This document shows positions 19,395-29,517 of a DNA stretch of 64,000 nt, piece after piece. The DNA is from Candidatus Woesebacteria bacterium RIFCSPLOWO2_01_FULL_39_61 (GTDB lineage: Bacteria; Patescibacteriota; Microgenomatia; UBA8517): contig MGHI01000039.1 of assembly GCA_001793155.1 (NCBI GenBank), positions 1,119-65,118 of the forward strand, read 5' to 3'. A model generated the notes under the pieces. That model had not been told where the DNA came from. It saw only the letters and a list, made by a program, of their open reading frames with translations, and searched no databases. Position numbers and translations under genes: made by a program. Numbering within the stretch: the stretch's first letter is position 1; every line of letters begins with the position of its first letter.

Positions 19395-22088
19395 ATGATA
19401 AAAGCAAAAAGCAAAAACAAGAAAAAAAACGGAAGCAAAAATCTTAGTCTTGAGAGTTTGCAATTTCCTTCATACGAAGAAATAAAGAAAGATATTTTCA
19501 CGAAGATCGGCGAAAAACCTAGCTTACCCGATGATCTTCCCGCCGGAGTATGGACAGAACAATCTCTCAAGGTTTTAACGGAGAGATATTTAAAAAAAGA
19601 CGATCTTGGGAATATTATTGAGACCCCGGAGGAGATGTGTTGGCGTGTAGCATGGGATATCGCATCAGCCGAAGTTCGTTGGGGAAAAGGTAAGACCGAA
19701 ATTACAAAGATTGCAAGAGAGTTTTATCAACTTTTAGTCTCTCACGATTTTTTGCCTAATTCGCCCACCTTAATGAATGCCGGTACTGATAATGGGCTTC
19801 AATACTCTGCTTGTTTTGTGTTACCGGTGGAAGACTCTCTTGTCGGAATTTTTGACGCTATAAAATACCAGGCGCTTATCCACCAAACTGGAGGGGGAAC
19901 AGGGTTTGCCTTCAGTCGTTTAAGACCTCAAGGGTCGGTGGTCCGCTCGAGTCGCGGAACCGCGTCGGGTCCTGTTTCTTTTATGCGCATATTTGATGCG
20001 GCGACCAATGAAATTAAGCAGGGAGGTAAACGTCGCGGTGCCAATATGGGAATATTGAGAGTTGACCACCCCGATATTATGGAATTTATCCATTGTAAAG
20101 AAGAAGGTGGGATAACCAACTTTAACATTTCCGTTGCAGTAACAGATGTGTTTATGGAAGCGTATAAGAGAGGTTCGGACTACGACCTAATTGATCCCCA
20201 TAACGGGAAAGTGGTGGGAAAACTGAATGCCCGAAGCGTTTTTGATGAAATAGCCGACGGAGCTTGGAAAACAGGAGACCCAGGATTGGTATTTATCGAT
20301 AGAGTTAATGCGGGTAGTGCAAATCCGGTCCCATCCCTAGGTCCGGTGGAATCCACAAACCCCTGCGGCGAACAACCGCTTTACCCTTATGATTCCTGCA
20401 ATTTGGGAAGTATATTTCTAACATATTTTGTAAAAGCTACGGACGGTAAGAAAGAAGTTGATTGGGAAAAATTGAGGAAAGCAACCCGATTAAGTACCAG
20501 ATTTTTGGATAATGTCATCGAAATGAATCCATATCCGTTGGAGTCGATAAGAAAGATTTCACTGGCAATACGAAGGATCGGACTCGGGGTTGGCGGCTGG
20601 GCAGATATGCTAATTGAACTTGGTATTCCTTACGACAGTCGGGAAGCGTTAAAGCTCGGAGAAAAAATAATGAAAGTAATCCAGGAAGAGGCCGTTGATG
20701 CCTCGAAAAATCTGGCGAAAGAAAGAGGTCCTTTCCCAATGTGGCCGGTAAGTACATATAAAAACCAAGAACCCCGTAGAAATTCTACAGTAACAACTAT
20801 TGCTCCAACGGGTACAATTTCGATTATCGCCGGCGCATCAAGCGGAATTGAGCCTATTTTTGCTTTAGCCTATCAGCATATTGTCAAGGATAAGCATCTT
20901 GATCGGACACTTTCTTTTATTAATCCGAAATTTGAGGAAGTTGCAAAGCAAAGAGGTTTTTGGTCAGAGGGAATAAAGGATAAGGTCGTAGAACACGGAG
21001 TCATAAGAGGCATTAATGAAGTTCCTGAAGATGTTAGGCAAGTATTTGGAACAGCCCATGAGATTCATCACGACTGGCATATAAAACACCAGGCTGTCTT
21101 TCAGAAATATACAGAGAATGCCGTGAGTAAAACTATAAATATGGCAAATAGCATTAAGGTGAATGACATTAAGAAAGCCTACTTACTTGCCTGGGAAACG
21201 GACTGCAAGGGCATAACGGTTTTCAGAGACGGTTGTAAAGAGACCCAGGTTCTTAATTTGGGGGTAAAGGATAAGGAAAAAGATGTTTTTCAGGAAGCAA
21301 AAGACCCGACACTTATTCGGCCTTTTGTAGTTCGGGGATCGACGTACCGCCTGGAGACTCCCGTAGGCAGAGCATTTGTTACCATTAATCAGGACGAAAG
21401 CGGAGAGCCTTTGGAAGTCTTTATCAACGTCGGAAAGGCGGGAAGTGATGTTACGGCTATGGCTGAGGCATTGGGTCGAACCATTTCCACCTCTTTAAGG
21501 TTCAGAGGACACCTCGCTCCCAGAGAAAAAGCTAAAGAGATTGCCTTACAGCTTTCGGGAATCGGTGGAAGGCGGTCGGTTGGGTTTGGTTCGAGAAAAA
21601 TTCTATCTTTGCCAGATGCCGTTGCCGCAGCAATCTCGACACATTTCGGTTTTAAGATAAACGGCTATCAAGCCGGGTTTGCGGGTGATTCAAGTTTTCT
21701 AAATCTTAAAAAGGCAATCGACGGTAGTGGGAAAATTTTAACTGTTGAGGCCCAGTCAGATTCGGCTGGAGCTGTTATGTCGGCACAAATTTCCGGCGTG
21801 ATGCCGGATACCTCCCCCCTGGGGAGTGATGACCACACAATGGCTTCGGCTGAGTCTCACTTGGCCTCAACCCAGTCAGACTCGACCTCAACCGAGTTGG
21901 ATTCTTCAACGGCCTTGTTTGAATCGACTCCGACAAACGGTAACGGATTAGAAGAATCCTTTACCACCCAGCTTTCATTGACTAGTCCAAAAGTATCTGG
22001 CGATATTTGTCCCTCCTGCGGCGCTTCAGCGCTTGTAAATGAGGAAGGCTGCTCCAAGTGCCACGTTTGTGGCTATTCTGAATGCTAA
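19395..22088 (+). CDS. nrdJ: class II (AdoCbl-dependent) ribonucleotide reductase with TSCPD domain
   Basis: PNSPTLMNAG, SACFV, TNPCGEQ, SCNLGS, APTGTIS motifs; C-terminal CxxC Zn ribbon. Confidence 0.95.
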   Translation: MIKAKSKNKKKNGSKNLSLESLQFPSYEEIKKDIFTKIGEKPSLPDDLPAGVWTEQSLKVLTERYLKKDDLGNIIETPEEMCWRVAWDIASAEVRWGKGKTEITKIAREFYQLLVSHDFLPNSPTLMNAGTDNGLQYSACFVLPVEDSLVGIFDAIKYQALIHQTGGGTGFAFSRLRPQGSVVRSSRGTASGPVSFMRIFDAATNEIKQGGKRRGANMGILRVDHPDIMEFIHCKEEGGITNFNISVAVTDVFMEAYKRGSDYDLIDPHNGKVVGKLNARSVFDEIADGAWKTGDPGLVFIDRVNAGSANPVPSLGPVESTNPCGEQPLYPYDSCNLGSIFLTYFVKATDGKKEVDWEKLRKATRLSTRFLDNVIEMNPYPLESIRKISLAIRRIGLGVGGWADMLIELGIPYDSREALKLGEKIMKVIQEEAVDASKNLAKERGPFPMWPVSTYKNQEPRRNSTVTTIAPTGTISIIAGASSGIEPIFALAYQHIVKDKHLDRTLSFINPKFEEVAKQRGFWSEGIKDKVVEHGVIRGINEVPEDVRQVFGTAHEIHHDWHIKHQAVFQKYTENAVSKTINMANSIKVNDIKKAYLLAWETDCKGITVFRDGCKETQVLNLGVKDKEKDVFQEAKDPTLIRPFVVRGSTYRLETPVGRAFVTINQDESGEPLEVFINVGKAGSDVTAMAEALGRTISTSLRFRGHLAPREKAKEIALQLSGIGGRRSVGFGSRKILSLPDAVAAAISTHFGFKINGYQAGFAGDSSFLNLKKAIDGSGKILTVEAQSDSAGAVMSAQISGVMPDTSPLGSDDHTMASAESHLASTQSDSTSTELDSSTALFESTPTNGNGLEESFTTQLSLTSPKVSGDICPSCGASALVNEEGCSKCHVCGYSEC

Positions 22089-22092
22089 TCGT

Positions 22093-24231
22093 ATGTTAGT
22101 TAAGAAAGTTCTTAAATTAAGTGGTACAAAAGAAGATTTCTCCTCGTTAAAAATATCCCAAAGTATTTGGCAAGCTGCACAAAAAGTCGGAGGAAATGAT
22201 AAAAATCTTTCCTATCAGTTGGGTACCGAAGTAGTAACCACGCTGACTAAAAAATATCCCAATGGTGAAATTATTAAAACAAGTGAAATAGGTGAGTTAG
22301 TTGAAAAAGTTTTAATAGAACACGGTCATGCAAAAACCGCCAAGGAATTTATCCGCTACAGAGAAAACAAAAAACACGCTCTTCAGGATAAAGAAAGCCT
22401 GGGAATTAATGATGATATCGGTCTTTCTTATAACACTCTTTATATATTAAAGGAGCGTTATCTTCGTCGAGACCAAAAGGGGAAAATTACAGAAACACCC
22501 AAAGAAATGATCGAAAGAGTAGCCCGCTTTTTGGCAAAATCCGAAAAAACAAAAAAACTTCAGAAAAAGTGGTATCAGGAGTTTTACAAAATTATGATCA
22601 GTTTTGAGTTTCTTCCGGGCACCCGAACCTTGGCTAATGCTGGTAAAGATTCTCCCCAGCTGGCTAACTGTTTTGTCTGGCCAATGGATGATGATATAGA
22701 CAGAATTTTTGAAATTCTTCACAAATCAACGCTTATCAAGAAAAATGGGGGCGGTTGCGGTTATAACTTTTCAAATATTCGTCCGGAGGGAGACGTTGTC
22801 GGAGGCATTCCCGAACTTGCGGCAGGACCTGTTAAAATGATTGAGATGTTTAATTTGATGACTTCTCTTTTCCGGCAAGAAGGCAAGTACGAGTCAGGCA
22901 ATATGGCAATACTAAATGCCGATCATGCCGATATTTTTAATTTCGTCACTGCCAAACAAAATGACGGATATCTGTCTAAGACCAACATATCTGTAGGCAT
23001 AACGGATGAGTTTATGCAAACTGCTCTCAAAGGGAAGGATTGGGATTTGGTAAATCCCAGAACGGGAGAAGTGGTTAACACCGTCAAAGCAAAGTCGATA
23101 CTCGAGCTTATGGCGACAATGGCTTGGCAGACCGGAGATCCCGGGATAATTAATCTCTCCGCAATTAATAAAGGCACACAATTAGCTAATCCGCTTCTGA
23201 AAAAACGCGGTCCAATTACGGCAACCAATCCCTGCGGCGAGGAACCGTTATTCCCGTTCGAATCCTGCAATTTGGGTTATGTAAATTTTGTGAAGTTTAT
23301 TGAAAACGGTAAGTTTAATTTTAAAAAACTGGCTAGTGTTATGAAGATTGCAGTAAGGCTAATGGATGATGTTATCGACGCCTCAAGATTTCCTGTTAAA
23401 GAAGTAACGGATGCGGTCAGAAACCACAGAAGAATAGGAATTGGAGGAGTTGGTTGGGCGGAAGTTCTTGCAATCTTGGGTATAGCCTACGATAGCGATG
23501 AAGCACTGCTTCTTGCTGAAAAAGTTGCCAAGACAATGTATGAATCGGCATTTGACGCATCCTGTACGGTAGCTAAAGAGAAAGGAGCTTTTCCGCTCGT
23601 ATCCGATTCTATCTGGGCCAATAAAAAGAAAAAGCCGAGAAACGTCGCTTTGATGACCTTTCCGCCTTCATCAGGAAATGCGGTAATTTGCGAAACTTCA
23701 TTCGGGATTGAACCTTATTTCGCCCTCGCCTATGAACAAAACGTTCTTGACGGGATGCGTCTCAGAACTGTTATTCCTTTATTCGTCGAAAAACTTAAAG
23801 AGAGGGGAATTTATTCGGATGAGCTTATCCAAAAAATAATTGATAACCACGGTAGTATCCAGGAAATAAAAGAAATTCCGGCTGATTTAAAGTGTGTATT
23901 TAAGGTAGCCCACGACATCGACTGGAGGGATCATATTAAGATGCAGGCAGCTTTCCAAAAATGGACTGATAATGCGATAACAAAAACCATTAACATGCCA
24001 TCGACAGCCACACCTAACGATATCGAGGAAGCGTATGTGCTGGCCTGGAAGCTGGGATGCAAAGGTTTAACAGTTTACAGGGACAGGACCAAAAAAGACC
24101 AGGTCTTTGAGTTCGGAGGGAACTCGACGGAGGAAAAAATAAAAATGTGTCCGACTTGCGATTTACCCTTAAAGAAAGACAAGAAATGCTACAAATGTTC
24201 CCGATGCGGATTTTCAACCTGTGAATTGTAA
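22093..24231 (+). CDS. nrdJ: second class II ribonucleotide reductase with N-terminal ATP cone
   Basis: ATP cone, ANCFV, TNPCGEE, SCNLG motifs; C-terminal CxxC pairs. Confidence 0.9.
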   Translation: MLVKKVLKLSGTKEDFSSLKISQSIWQAAQKVGGNDKNLSYQLGTEVVTTLTKKYPNGEIIKTSEIGELVEKVLIEHGHAKTAKEFIRYRENKKHALQDKESLGINDDIGLSYNTLYILKERYLRRDQKGKITETPKEMIERVARFLAKSEKTKKLQKKWYQEFYKIMISFEFLPGTRTLANAGKDSPQLANCFVWPMDDDIDRIFEILHKSTLIKKNGGGCGYNFSNIRPEGDVVGGIPELAAGPVKMIEMFNLMTSLFRQEGKYESGNMAILNADHADIFNFVTAKQNDGYLSKTNISVGITDEFMQTALKGKDWDLVNPRTGEVVNTVKAKSILELMATMAWQTGDPGIINLSAINKGTQLANPLLKKRGPITATNPCGEEPLFPFESCNLGYVNFVKFIENGKFNFKKLASVMKIAVRLMDDVIDASRFPVKEVTDAVRNHRRIGIGGVGWAEVLAILGIAYDSDEALLLAEKVAKTMYESAFDASCTVAKEKGAFPLVSDSIWANKKKKPRNVALMTFPPSSGNAVICETSFGIEPYFALAYEQNVLDGMRLRTVIPLFVEKLKERGIYSDELIQKIIDNHGSIQEIKEIPADLKCVFKVAHDIDWRDHIKMQAAFQKWTDNAITKTINMPSTATPNDIEEAYVLAWKLGCKGLTVYRDRTKKDQVFEFGGNSTEEKIKMCPTCDLPLKKDKKCYKCSRCGFSTCEL

Positions 24232-24289
24232 CTTTTAAGAATATAAACTTACTTCTTTGCTCTTTCTCTGCTAGTGATAAAATTGCCAT

Positions 24290-24856
24290 ATGGTTATCTA
24301 CACAAAAAAGGGGGATAAGGGGGAGACGGGGTTATATAGCACATCGCCGCAAAAAATAAGGGTTTCAAAAAACTCTTACCGGATTCATGCCGTGGGAGCG
24401 GTGGACGAGCTTAATTCCTACTTGGGAGTTGTTATTTCGTATTCCGAAGATAGGAAACTAAACAAGATACTTTTGGACATACAAAGAAATTTATTGACGA
24501 TTGGATCAATCTTGGGTGGCTCCAAGTTAAGATTTATTACGGGTAAAGCCAGAAAGTTTGAGAAAATAATCGACGAGTTGGAGGGAAGCCTTCCGCCTTT
24601 AAAAAATTTTATTTTACCCGGAGGAAGCCAAGTAACGGCCCATCTTCATTATGCTCGCTCGGTAGCAAGAAGAATGGAACGGGTTATCGTCAGGTTGGAC
24701 GAGAAAAATCGTATTAAACCGCAAATACTTGTTTATGTAAACCGACTCTCGGATTTTTTGTTTATGCTAGCAAGGCAACAAAGTTTTAAGGAAGGGGTTA
24801 AAGAAGAAATTTGGATCGGAAAAAAGATTAAAGTAACAAGGGATAACAAAAAATAG
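24290..24856 (+). CDS. ATP:cob(I)alamin adenosyltransferase (PduO type)
   Basis: IYTKKGDKGET, DELNS, ARRMER and NRLSDFLF motifs. Confidence 0.93.
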   Translation: MVIYTKKGDKGETGLYSTSPQKIRVSKNSYRIHAVGAVDELNSYLGVVISYSEDRKLNKILLDIQRNLLTIGSILGGSKLRFITGKARKFEKIIDELEGSLPPLKNFILPGGSQVTAHLHYARSVARRMERVIVRLDEKNRIKPQILVYVNRLSDFLFMLARQQSFKEGVKEEIWIGKKIKVTRDNKK

Positions 24857-24926
24857 CCTCGCGTACTATTTACGCCTTAATTCACTTTAAGATTAATCGG
24901 GATTGGTGTTACAATTATTTTGATAT

Positions 24927-25289
24927 ATGGCTACAAATCCAGAAAGACCATCGGAAGGCCAAAGACCACCCGTTACGGAGAGTGTGGTTAAGGAGATTCC
25001 CGAAACCCCCGAGACAACACCCTCTTTACAGGAAGCTGGTGTAACGCCAGTTCCCACGCAAATTACCGCTCAGGTCACGGACGATAAGACTGGGAAACCC
25101 TTAATGCAGTCTCCGTCCACCCAGACAATAACAATTACCATTCCCGCTAGTCCAACTCAGCTGACCGACTGGTCAAAAGGTTCTCCTTCGGACTCACTTA
25201 CCTGGCTTGCAACATTTTGGTTAAGGATAATTAAAAAGGCATTTCATTTTGGCTGGAGGGTACTCGCACAGGGGGGAGGAGCTACCTAA
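24927..25289 (+). CDS. Pro/Thr-rich hypothetical protein
   Basis: ORF directly coupled to the downstream ATPase. Confidence 0.65.
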   Translation: MATNPERPSEGQRPPVTESVVKEIPETPETTPSLQEAGVTPVPTQITAQVTDDKTGKPLMQSPSTQTITITIPASPTQLTDWSKGSPSDSLTWLATFWLRIIKKAFHFGWRVLAQGGGAT

Positions 25290-25290
25290 T

Positions 25291-27630
25291 ATGTTTAGTG
25301 TAGGATCAATAGATTTTACTTATGTATTTCTAACCCTTCTTTTTTTCGGTTTATTTTTTCTCCTTATTATTGCCGGTGCGGTCATAGGTTTCACAATCTA
25401 TAGATTTAGGGGTCGTGAGGAAAGATCAATTGACTCCGTTTTATTGCAGGTTGCCGTTACAAAAGGTAATGAAATAAAAATTGATGCCATGGAACAACTT
25501 TTTGCTAGTCTTTACTCAATTAAAAAAGGAGGTTGGCAGCAAAAATACACATCCACCCAACCGGCAATTTCTTTCGAATTGGTGGCCCGTCAAGAAGATA
25601 TCCGTTTTTATGTTTGGGTACCGAAAGCTTTTCAAGATCTGATAGAAAAGCAAATACACGGCTCATACTCGGATGCAGAAATTATCGAAGTGCCCGAATA
25701 CAATATTTTTACAGAAGGCTATAAAGTGGCCTATAAATCGCTCCAATTGAAGAAAGAAAATTATTATCCGCTAAAGACGTTTAAGGATTTACCAACCGAC
25801 CCGCTTGCAACTATAACTTCAGCTCTGGCAAAGATGGGGAAAGACGAAGGGGCAGCAATTCAGATACTTATTTCACCTTCCGATAGCGAGTGGCAAAAGA
25901 CCGGGAGTAATTATATTTCGCAAATTAAAAAGCAGGAATCCGATCCGGAAAAAGCAAAATTCTCGATTCCCGCCAAAACTTTAGAGGCGATTGAAAATAA
26001 AGTTTCCAAACCCGGTTTTGAGACAAGCATTCGAATTGTCTGTGTATCCGAAAATGAGTCTTCCGCTAATGCGCACCTAACCAATATTGTGAGTGCTTTC
26101 GAATCGTTTGCGGGGGATATGAACTCGCTTGGAGCCAGAAAAATAAGAAGGAAGGGAACTTTTGTGGAGGATTTCCTATACAGATACCACCCCATGTTTC
26201 ATTTTCTGGGAAACCGTGCAACAATTCTTAATTCTGAAGAATTGGCAACGATATTTCATTTCCCCAATAAGTTAATCACTACCCCACACATATATTGGCT
26301 TTATTCAAAACGTGCTCCGGCGCCGGCTGAGGTTCCGACCGAAGGCCTTTATCTTGGAAAAAGTCAATACAGAGGTATGGAAAAACTGGTTCATATTTCA
26401 GAACCCGATAGAATGCGCCACGTCTATATTATCGGGGCGACAGGAACAGGAAAGTCAGAACTTTTGAAAGATATGATCCTTCAGGATATTAAAGCCGGTC
26501 AGGGTGTTTGCTTTATGGATCCTCACGGCGATGCGGTCGAGGATTTACTTCAGATGATCCCTCCGGAGCGTGCCGAGGATGTTATTTATTTCAGGCCTTC
26601 GGATACAGAACGTCCTATGGGACTTAACTTACTCGAAGCAAATACAGAGGACCAAAAACATTTCGCAGCCACGGCTGTTATTAACATGATGTACAAGCTT
26701 TTTGATCCCTATAAAACCGGAATTGTAGGTCCTAGGTTTGAGCATTCAGTAAGAAACGCCATGCTGACCGCTATGAGCGATGAGGGCAGCACTTTTGTTG
26801 AGGTGATGAGAATATTGACAGACTCGAAATTTGTTCAGGAATTACTTCCCAAAGTTACGGATCCTATTGTCAGACGATTTTGGACGGACCAAATCGCTCA
26901 AACTTCCGACTTCCACAAATCAGAAGTACTGGATTATATAACCTCAAAATTCGGAAGATTCGTCACCAACAAAATGATCAGAAACATAATTGGTCAATCT
27001 AAATCTTCATTCTCGTTCCGAGAAGTAATGGATAACGGCAAAATTCTTTTTGTCAATCTTTCAAAAGGGGAGCTGGGTGAGGAGAACTCTAGTTTCCTCG
27101 GATTGATCTTGGTTCCCAGAATCCTAATGGCGGCAATGAGTAGAGCCGATACTTCCGAGCCCCAGCGTCGGGATTTTTACCTATATGTTGACGAGTTTCA
27201 AAATTTTGCTACACCGGATTTTGCACAAATACTTTCCGAAGCAAGAAAATTTCATTTAGCCCTTTGTGTTGCCAATCAATTCATTGGACAGGTTGACGAA
27301 GAAGTAAAAAATGCGGTATTCGGAAACGTCGGAACGAAAATTGCATTCAGGGTTGGTGTAACGGATGCTAATTATTTAGCCCGCGAGTACACCCCCGTTT
27401 TTAACGAAGAGGATTTGCTAAATATCGAAAGATACCACGCTTACGTAAAAACGATAGTGAATAATGAGCCTGTTCCTCCTTTTTCCATGAGTTTACTCAA
27501 AGACATGAATAAGCAAAGGGAGACAATGAATCCCAAAGTTGCAGAGATAATTAAAGAAATGAGCAGGCTAAAGTACGGGCGCGATGTGAGATTGGTTGAT
27601 TCGGAAATTGCAAGACGTGCCAAGTTATAG
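25291..27630 (+). CDS. VirB4/TraG/HerA-like ATPase
   Basis: Walker A GATGTGKS, DPHGD, YVDEFQNF and SEARK motifs. Confidence 0.88.
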   Translation: MFSVGSIDFTYVFLTLLFFGLFFLLIIAGAVIGFTIYRFRGREERSIDSVLLQVAVTKGNEIKIDAMEQLFASLYSIKKGGWQQKYTSTQPAISFELVARQEDIRFYVWVPKAFQDLIEKQIHGSYSDAEIIEVPEYNIFTEGYKVAYKSLQLKKENYYPLKTFKDLPTDPLATITSALAKMGKDEGAAIQILISPSDSEWQKTGSNYISQIKKQESDPEKAKFSIPAKTLEAIENKVSKPGFETSIRIVCVSENESSANAHLTNIVSAFESFAGDMNSLGARKIRRKGTFVEDFLYRYHPMFHFLGNRATILNSEELATIFHFPNKLITTPHIYWLYSKRAPAPAEVPTEGLYLGKSQYRGMEKLVHISEPDRMRHVYIIGATGTGKSELLKDMILQDIKAGQGVCFMDPHGDAVEDLLQMIPPERAEDVIYFRPSDTERPMGLNLLEANTEDQKHFAATAVINMMYKLFDPYKTGIVGPRFEHSVRNAMLTAMSDEGSTFVEVMRILTDSKFVQELLPKVTDPIVRRFWTDQIAQTSDFHKSEVLDYITSKFGRFVTNKMIRNIIGQSKSSFSFREVMDNGKILFVNLSKGELGEENSSFLGLILVPRILMAAMSRADTSEPQRRDFYLYVDEFQNFATPDFAQILSEARKFHLALCVANQFIGQVDEEVKNAVFGNVGTKIAFRVGVTDANYLAREYTPVFNEEDLLNIERYHAYVKTIVNNEPVPPFSMSLLKDMNKQRETMNPKVAEIIKEMSRLKYGRDVRLVDSEIARRAKL

Positions 27631-27642
27631 CAGCATTCGATA

Positions 27643-27674
27643 AAACCCCGCCCTTCAAAGCGGGGAGGATGTCA
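27643..27674 (+). mobile_element. orphan IS200/IS605-family right end
   Basis: AAACCCCGCCCTTCAAAGCGGGGAGGATGTCA: subterminal hairpin plus GGATGTCA terminus; no transposase nearby. Confidence 0.65.
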
Positions 27675-27786
27675 TAAGAAATCTTGCGATTTCTTGGCAC
27701 TTGGCAAAAGCCAATTGTAGAAAAATCTTGCAATTTTTGTAGCACCTGGTTTTTTGAAACTAGTTGTAATAAACTCCATAAGGATT

Positions 27787-28647
27787 ATGGCAAAAATCGG
27801 AGTCATTGGCTGGGGTTATGTCGGGGCAGCTACCGGTAAAGGATTTTTGAAGAATAAAAAAAACAAGGTTTATTGGTACGATAAATACAAAAAAAGCCCT
27901 TATACCTTCGAGGAAGTATTAAATAGTTCCGAGTTCATTTTTGTTTGTCTTCCGACTCCGATGCTGCGTGACTATTCGGGCATGGATATGAGTGTTGTAA
28001 AAGAGGTTGTCCACAAAATTGCCAAAGGACTGGAACATTCAAATAAGGTAGTAATTATTAAATCTACCGTTTTGCCGGGAACTACTCTGAGTTTTTCAAA
28101 AAAATTTCCAAGAGTACACTTTGCAATGAATCCTGAATTTCTAACCCAGGAGCATGCCAACGAAGACTTTTTAAATCCCTCAAGGACGATAATTGGAGTA
28201 AATGATAAGAGGGTAGGTGAACGAATAAAAAAGCTTTATAAGAGTATTTTACCGGGTGGTCGGAAATATTTTATTACTGATTTCACATCCGCAGAGCTTG
28301 CAAAATATATGAGCAATTTGGTTTTAGCTTCCAAAGTCCTTCTAGCTAACGAATTTTATTTTTTAGCCAAAAAAATCGGAGCCAGATACGACCAAGTTAG
28401 ACAAATGGTTGAAGCTGACCACCGGATTGGTACACATCTGAAAACACCAGGTCCAGATGGGGATTTTGGGTTCGGAGGAGCTTGTTTTCCAAAAGACATG
28501 CTCGGACTTTTAGCATTTGCTAAGAAAAAAGGAGTTGATGTGTCAGCTCTTGATGCTATTTGGAAAAAGAATTTAAAGATAAGAAAGCAGCGGGATTGGG
28601 AAAAAATGGACAATGCCTTTGGCCGTGGAGCTTCAAAAAAGAATTAG
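27787..28647 (+). CDS. UDP-glucose/GDP-mannose dehydrogenase family protein (short form)
   Basis: GWGYVG, IKSTV, NPEFL and GFGGACFPKD motifs; lacks the C-terminal domain. Confidence 0.88.
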   Translation: MAKIGVIGWGYVGAATGKGFLKNKKNKVYWYDKYKKSPYTFEEVLNSSEFIFVCLPTPMLRDYSGMDMSVVKEVVHKIAKGLEHSNKVVIIKSTVLPGTTLSFSKKFPRVHFAMNPEFLTQEHANEDFLNPSRTIIGVNDKRVGERIKKLYKSILPGGRKYFITDFTSAELAKYMSNLVLASKVLLANEFYFLAKKIGARYDQVRQMVEADHRIGTHLKTPGPDGDFGFGGACFPKDMLGLLAFAKKKGVDVSALDAIWKKNLKIRKQRDWEKMDNAFGRGASKKN

Positions 28648-28703
28648 TTCAGCTTTCAATCTTAGTATTTTAGCTTCATGTTCTGATATAATAAATCCAC
28701 TTT

Positions 28704-28776
28704 GGATGCGTAGCTCAATGGTTAGAGCACCAACCTTATAAGTTGGGGGTTCCTGGTTCGAGCCCAGGCGCATCCA
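28704..28776 (+). tRNA. tRNA-Ile (anticodon UAU)
   Basis: Cloverleaf: GGATGCG/CGCATCC acceptor, CCAAC-CTTATAA-GTTGG anticodon arm, TTCGAGC T-loop; CCA not encoded. Confidence 0.93.
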
Positions 28777-28794
28777 CTTTACTTTCAATCTTAA

Positions 28795-29517
28795 ATGAAG
28801 AAACTCCTAGACATATCAAAACTTACACCCAAAAAACTTCACTTACTGGGCAGTAACGCCAGAGAAAAAGATAATCACCTAGGTGCGTTACAATACTTAG
28901 ACCACGCCATTATCGGTTATCAGAGAGAGAATAATTATGAGGGGATAGTAGATGCTTTAAAGGACAGAACCCTAACCTGGAAACGTTTCTTTTTGTTGAC
29001 GCAGGACAGGGTATTCGCAATTTTGGCCAGGAAGGATGCTGAAACAATGCTTGAAATCACAAAAGAAAAAGATTTAAAAAATAAGTACTCAACGTCATAT
29101 TTTAGATTGGGAGAAGTGAGTATGCTTTTTGAAAATTATCAGGATGCTATAAAAAACTATAAAAAGGCTTTAGAAGTTTACGAAGGGAGTTTGGCTGAGA
29201 AAGGGGACTTTCGCTATCATTTGGGAGAAGCAGTTTACCGCAATGGCAAAAAGAAACAAGGTAAAGAAGTTATGCTTGAGGGATTAAATGAGATAAGAAA
29301 GGGCGCTAAAAAAGTTCCTAACTTTCTTATTCATGTTTGGGAATCTGGGTGTCATTTGAGGCTTGCCCGGCTTTTAAGAGTAGACGAACCTAAGGAAGCT
29401 CAAAAATATTTAGAGTTAGCCAAGAAAATAATAAACGATGATGAGAAGTTAGTTATTAGGAAAAGACAATTAAATGAGGTGGAGAAGTCCTTTTTGGAAA
29501 GTAAAAAGAGTTTTTAA
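28795..29517 (+). CDS. TPR-like helical repeat protein
   Basis: Repeated YFRLGEV/YHLGEAV-type helical pattern. Confidence 0.7.
   Translation: MKKLLDISKLTPKKLHLLGSNAREKDNHLGALQYLDHAIIGYQRENNYEGIVDALKDRTLTWKRFFLLTQDRVFAILARKDAETMLEITKEKDLKNKYSTSYFRLGEVSMLFENYQDAIKNYKKALEVYEGSLAEKGDFRYHLGEAVYRNGKKKQGKEVMLEGLNEIRKGAKKVPNFLIHVWESGCHLRLARLLRVDEPKEAQKYLELAKKIINDDEKLVIRKRQLNEVEKSFLESKKSF

Noticed and set aside
21700-21990. intein in the first NrdJ
   Set aside because: The Ser/Thr-rich linker lacks intein terminal motifs (C/S...HN) and an endonuclease domain
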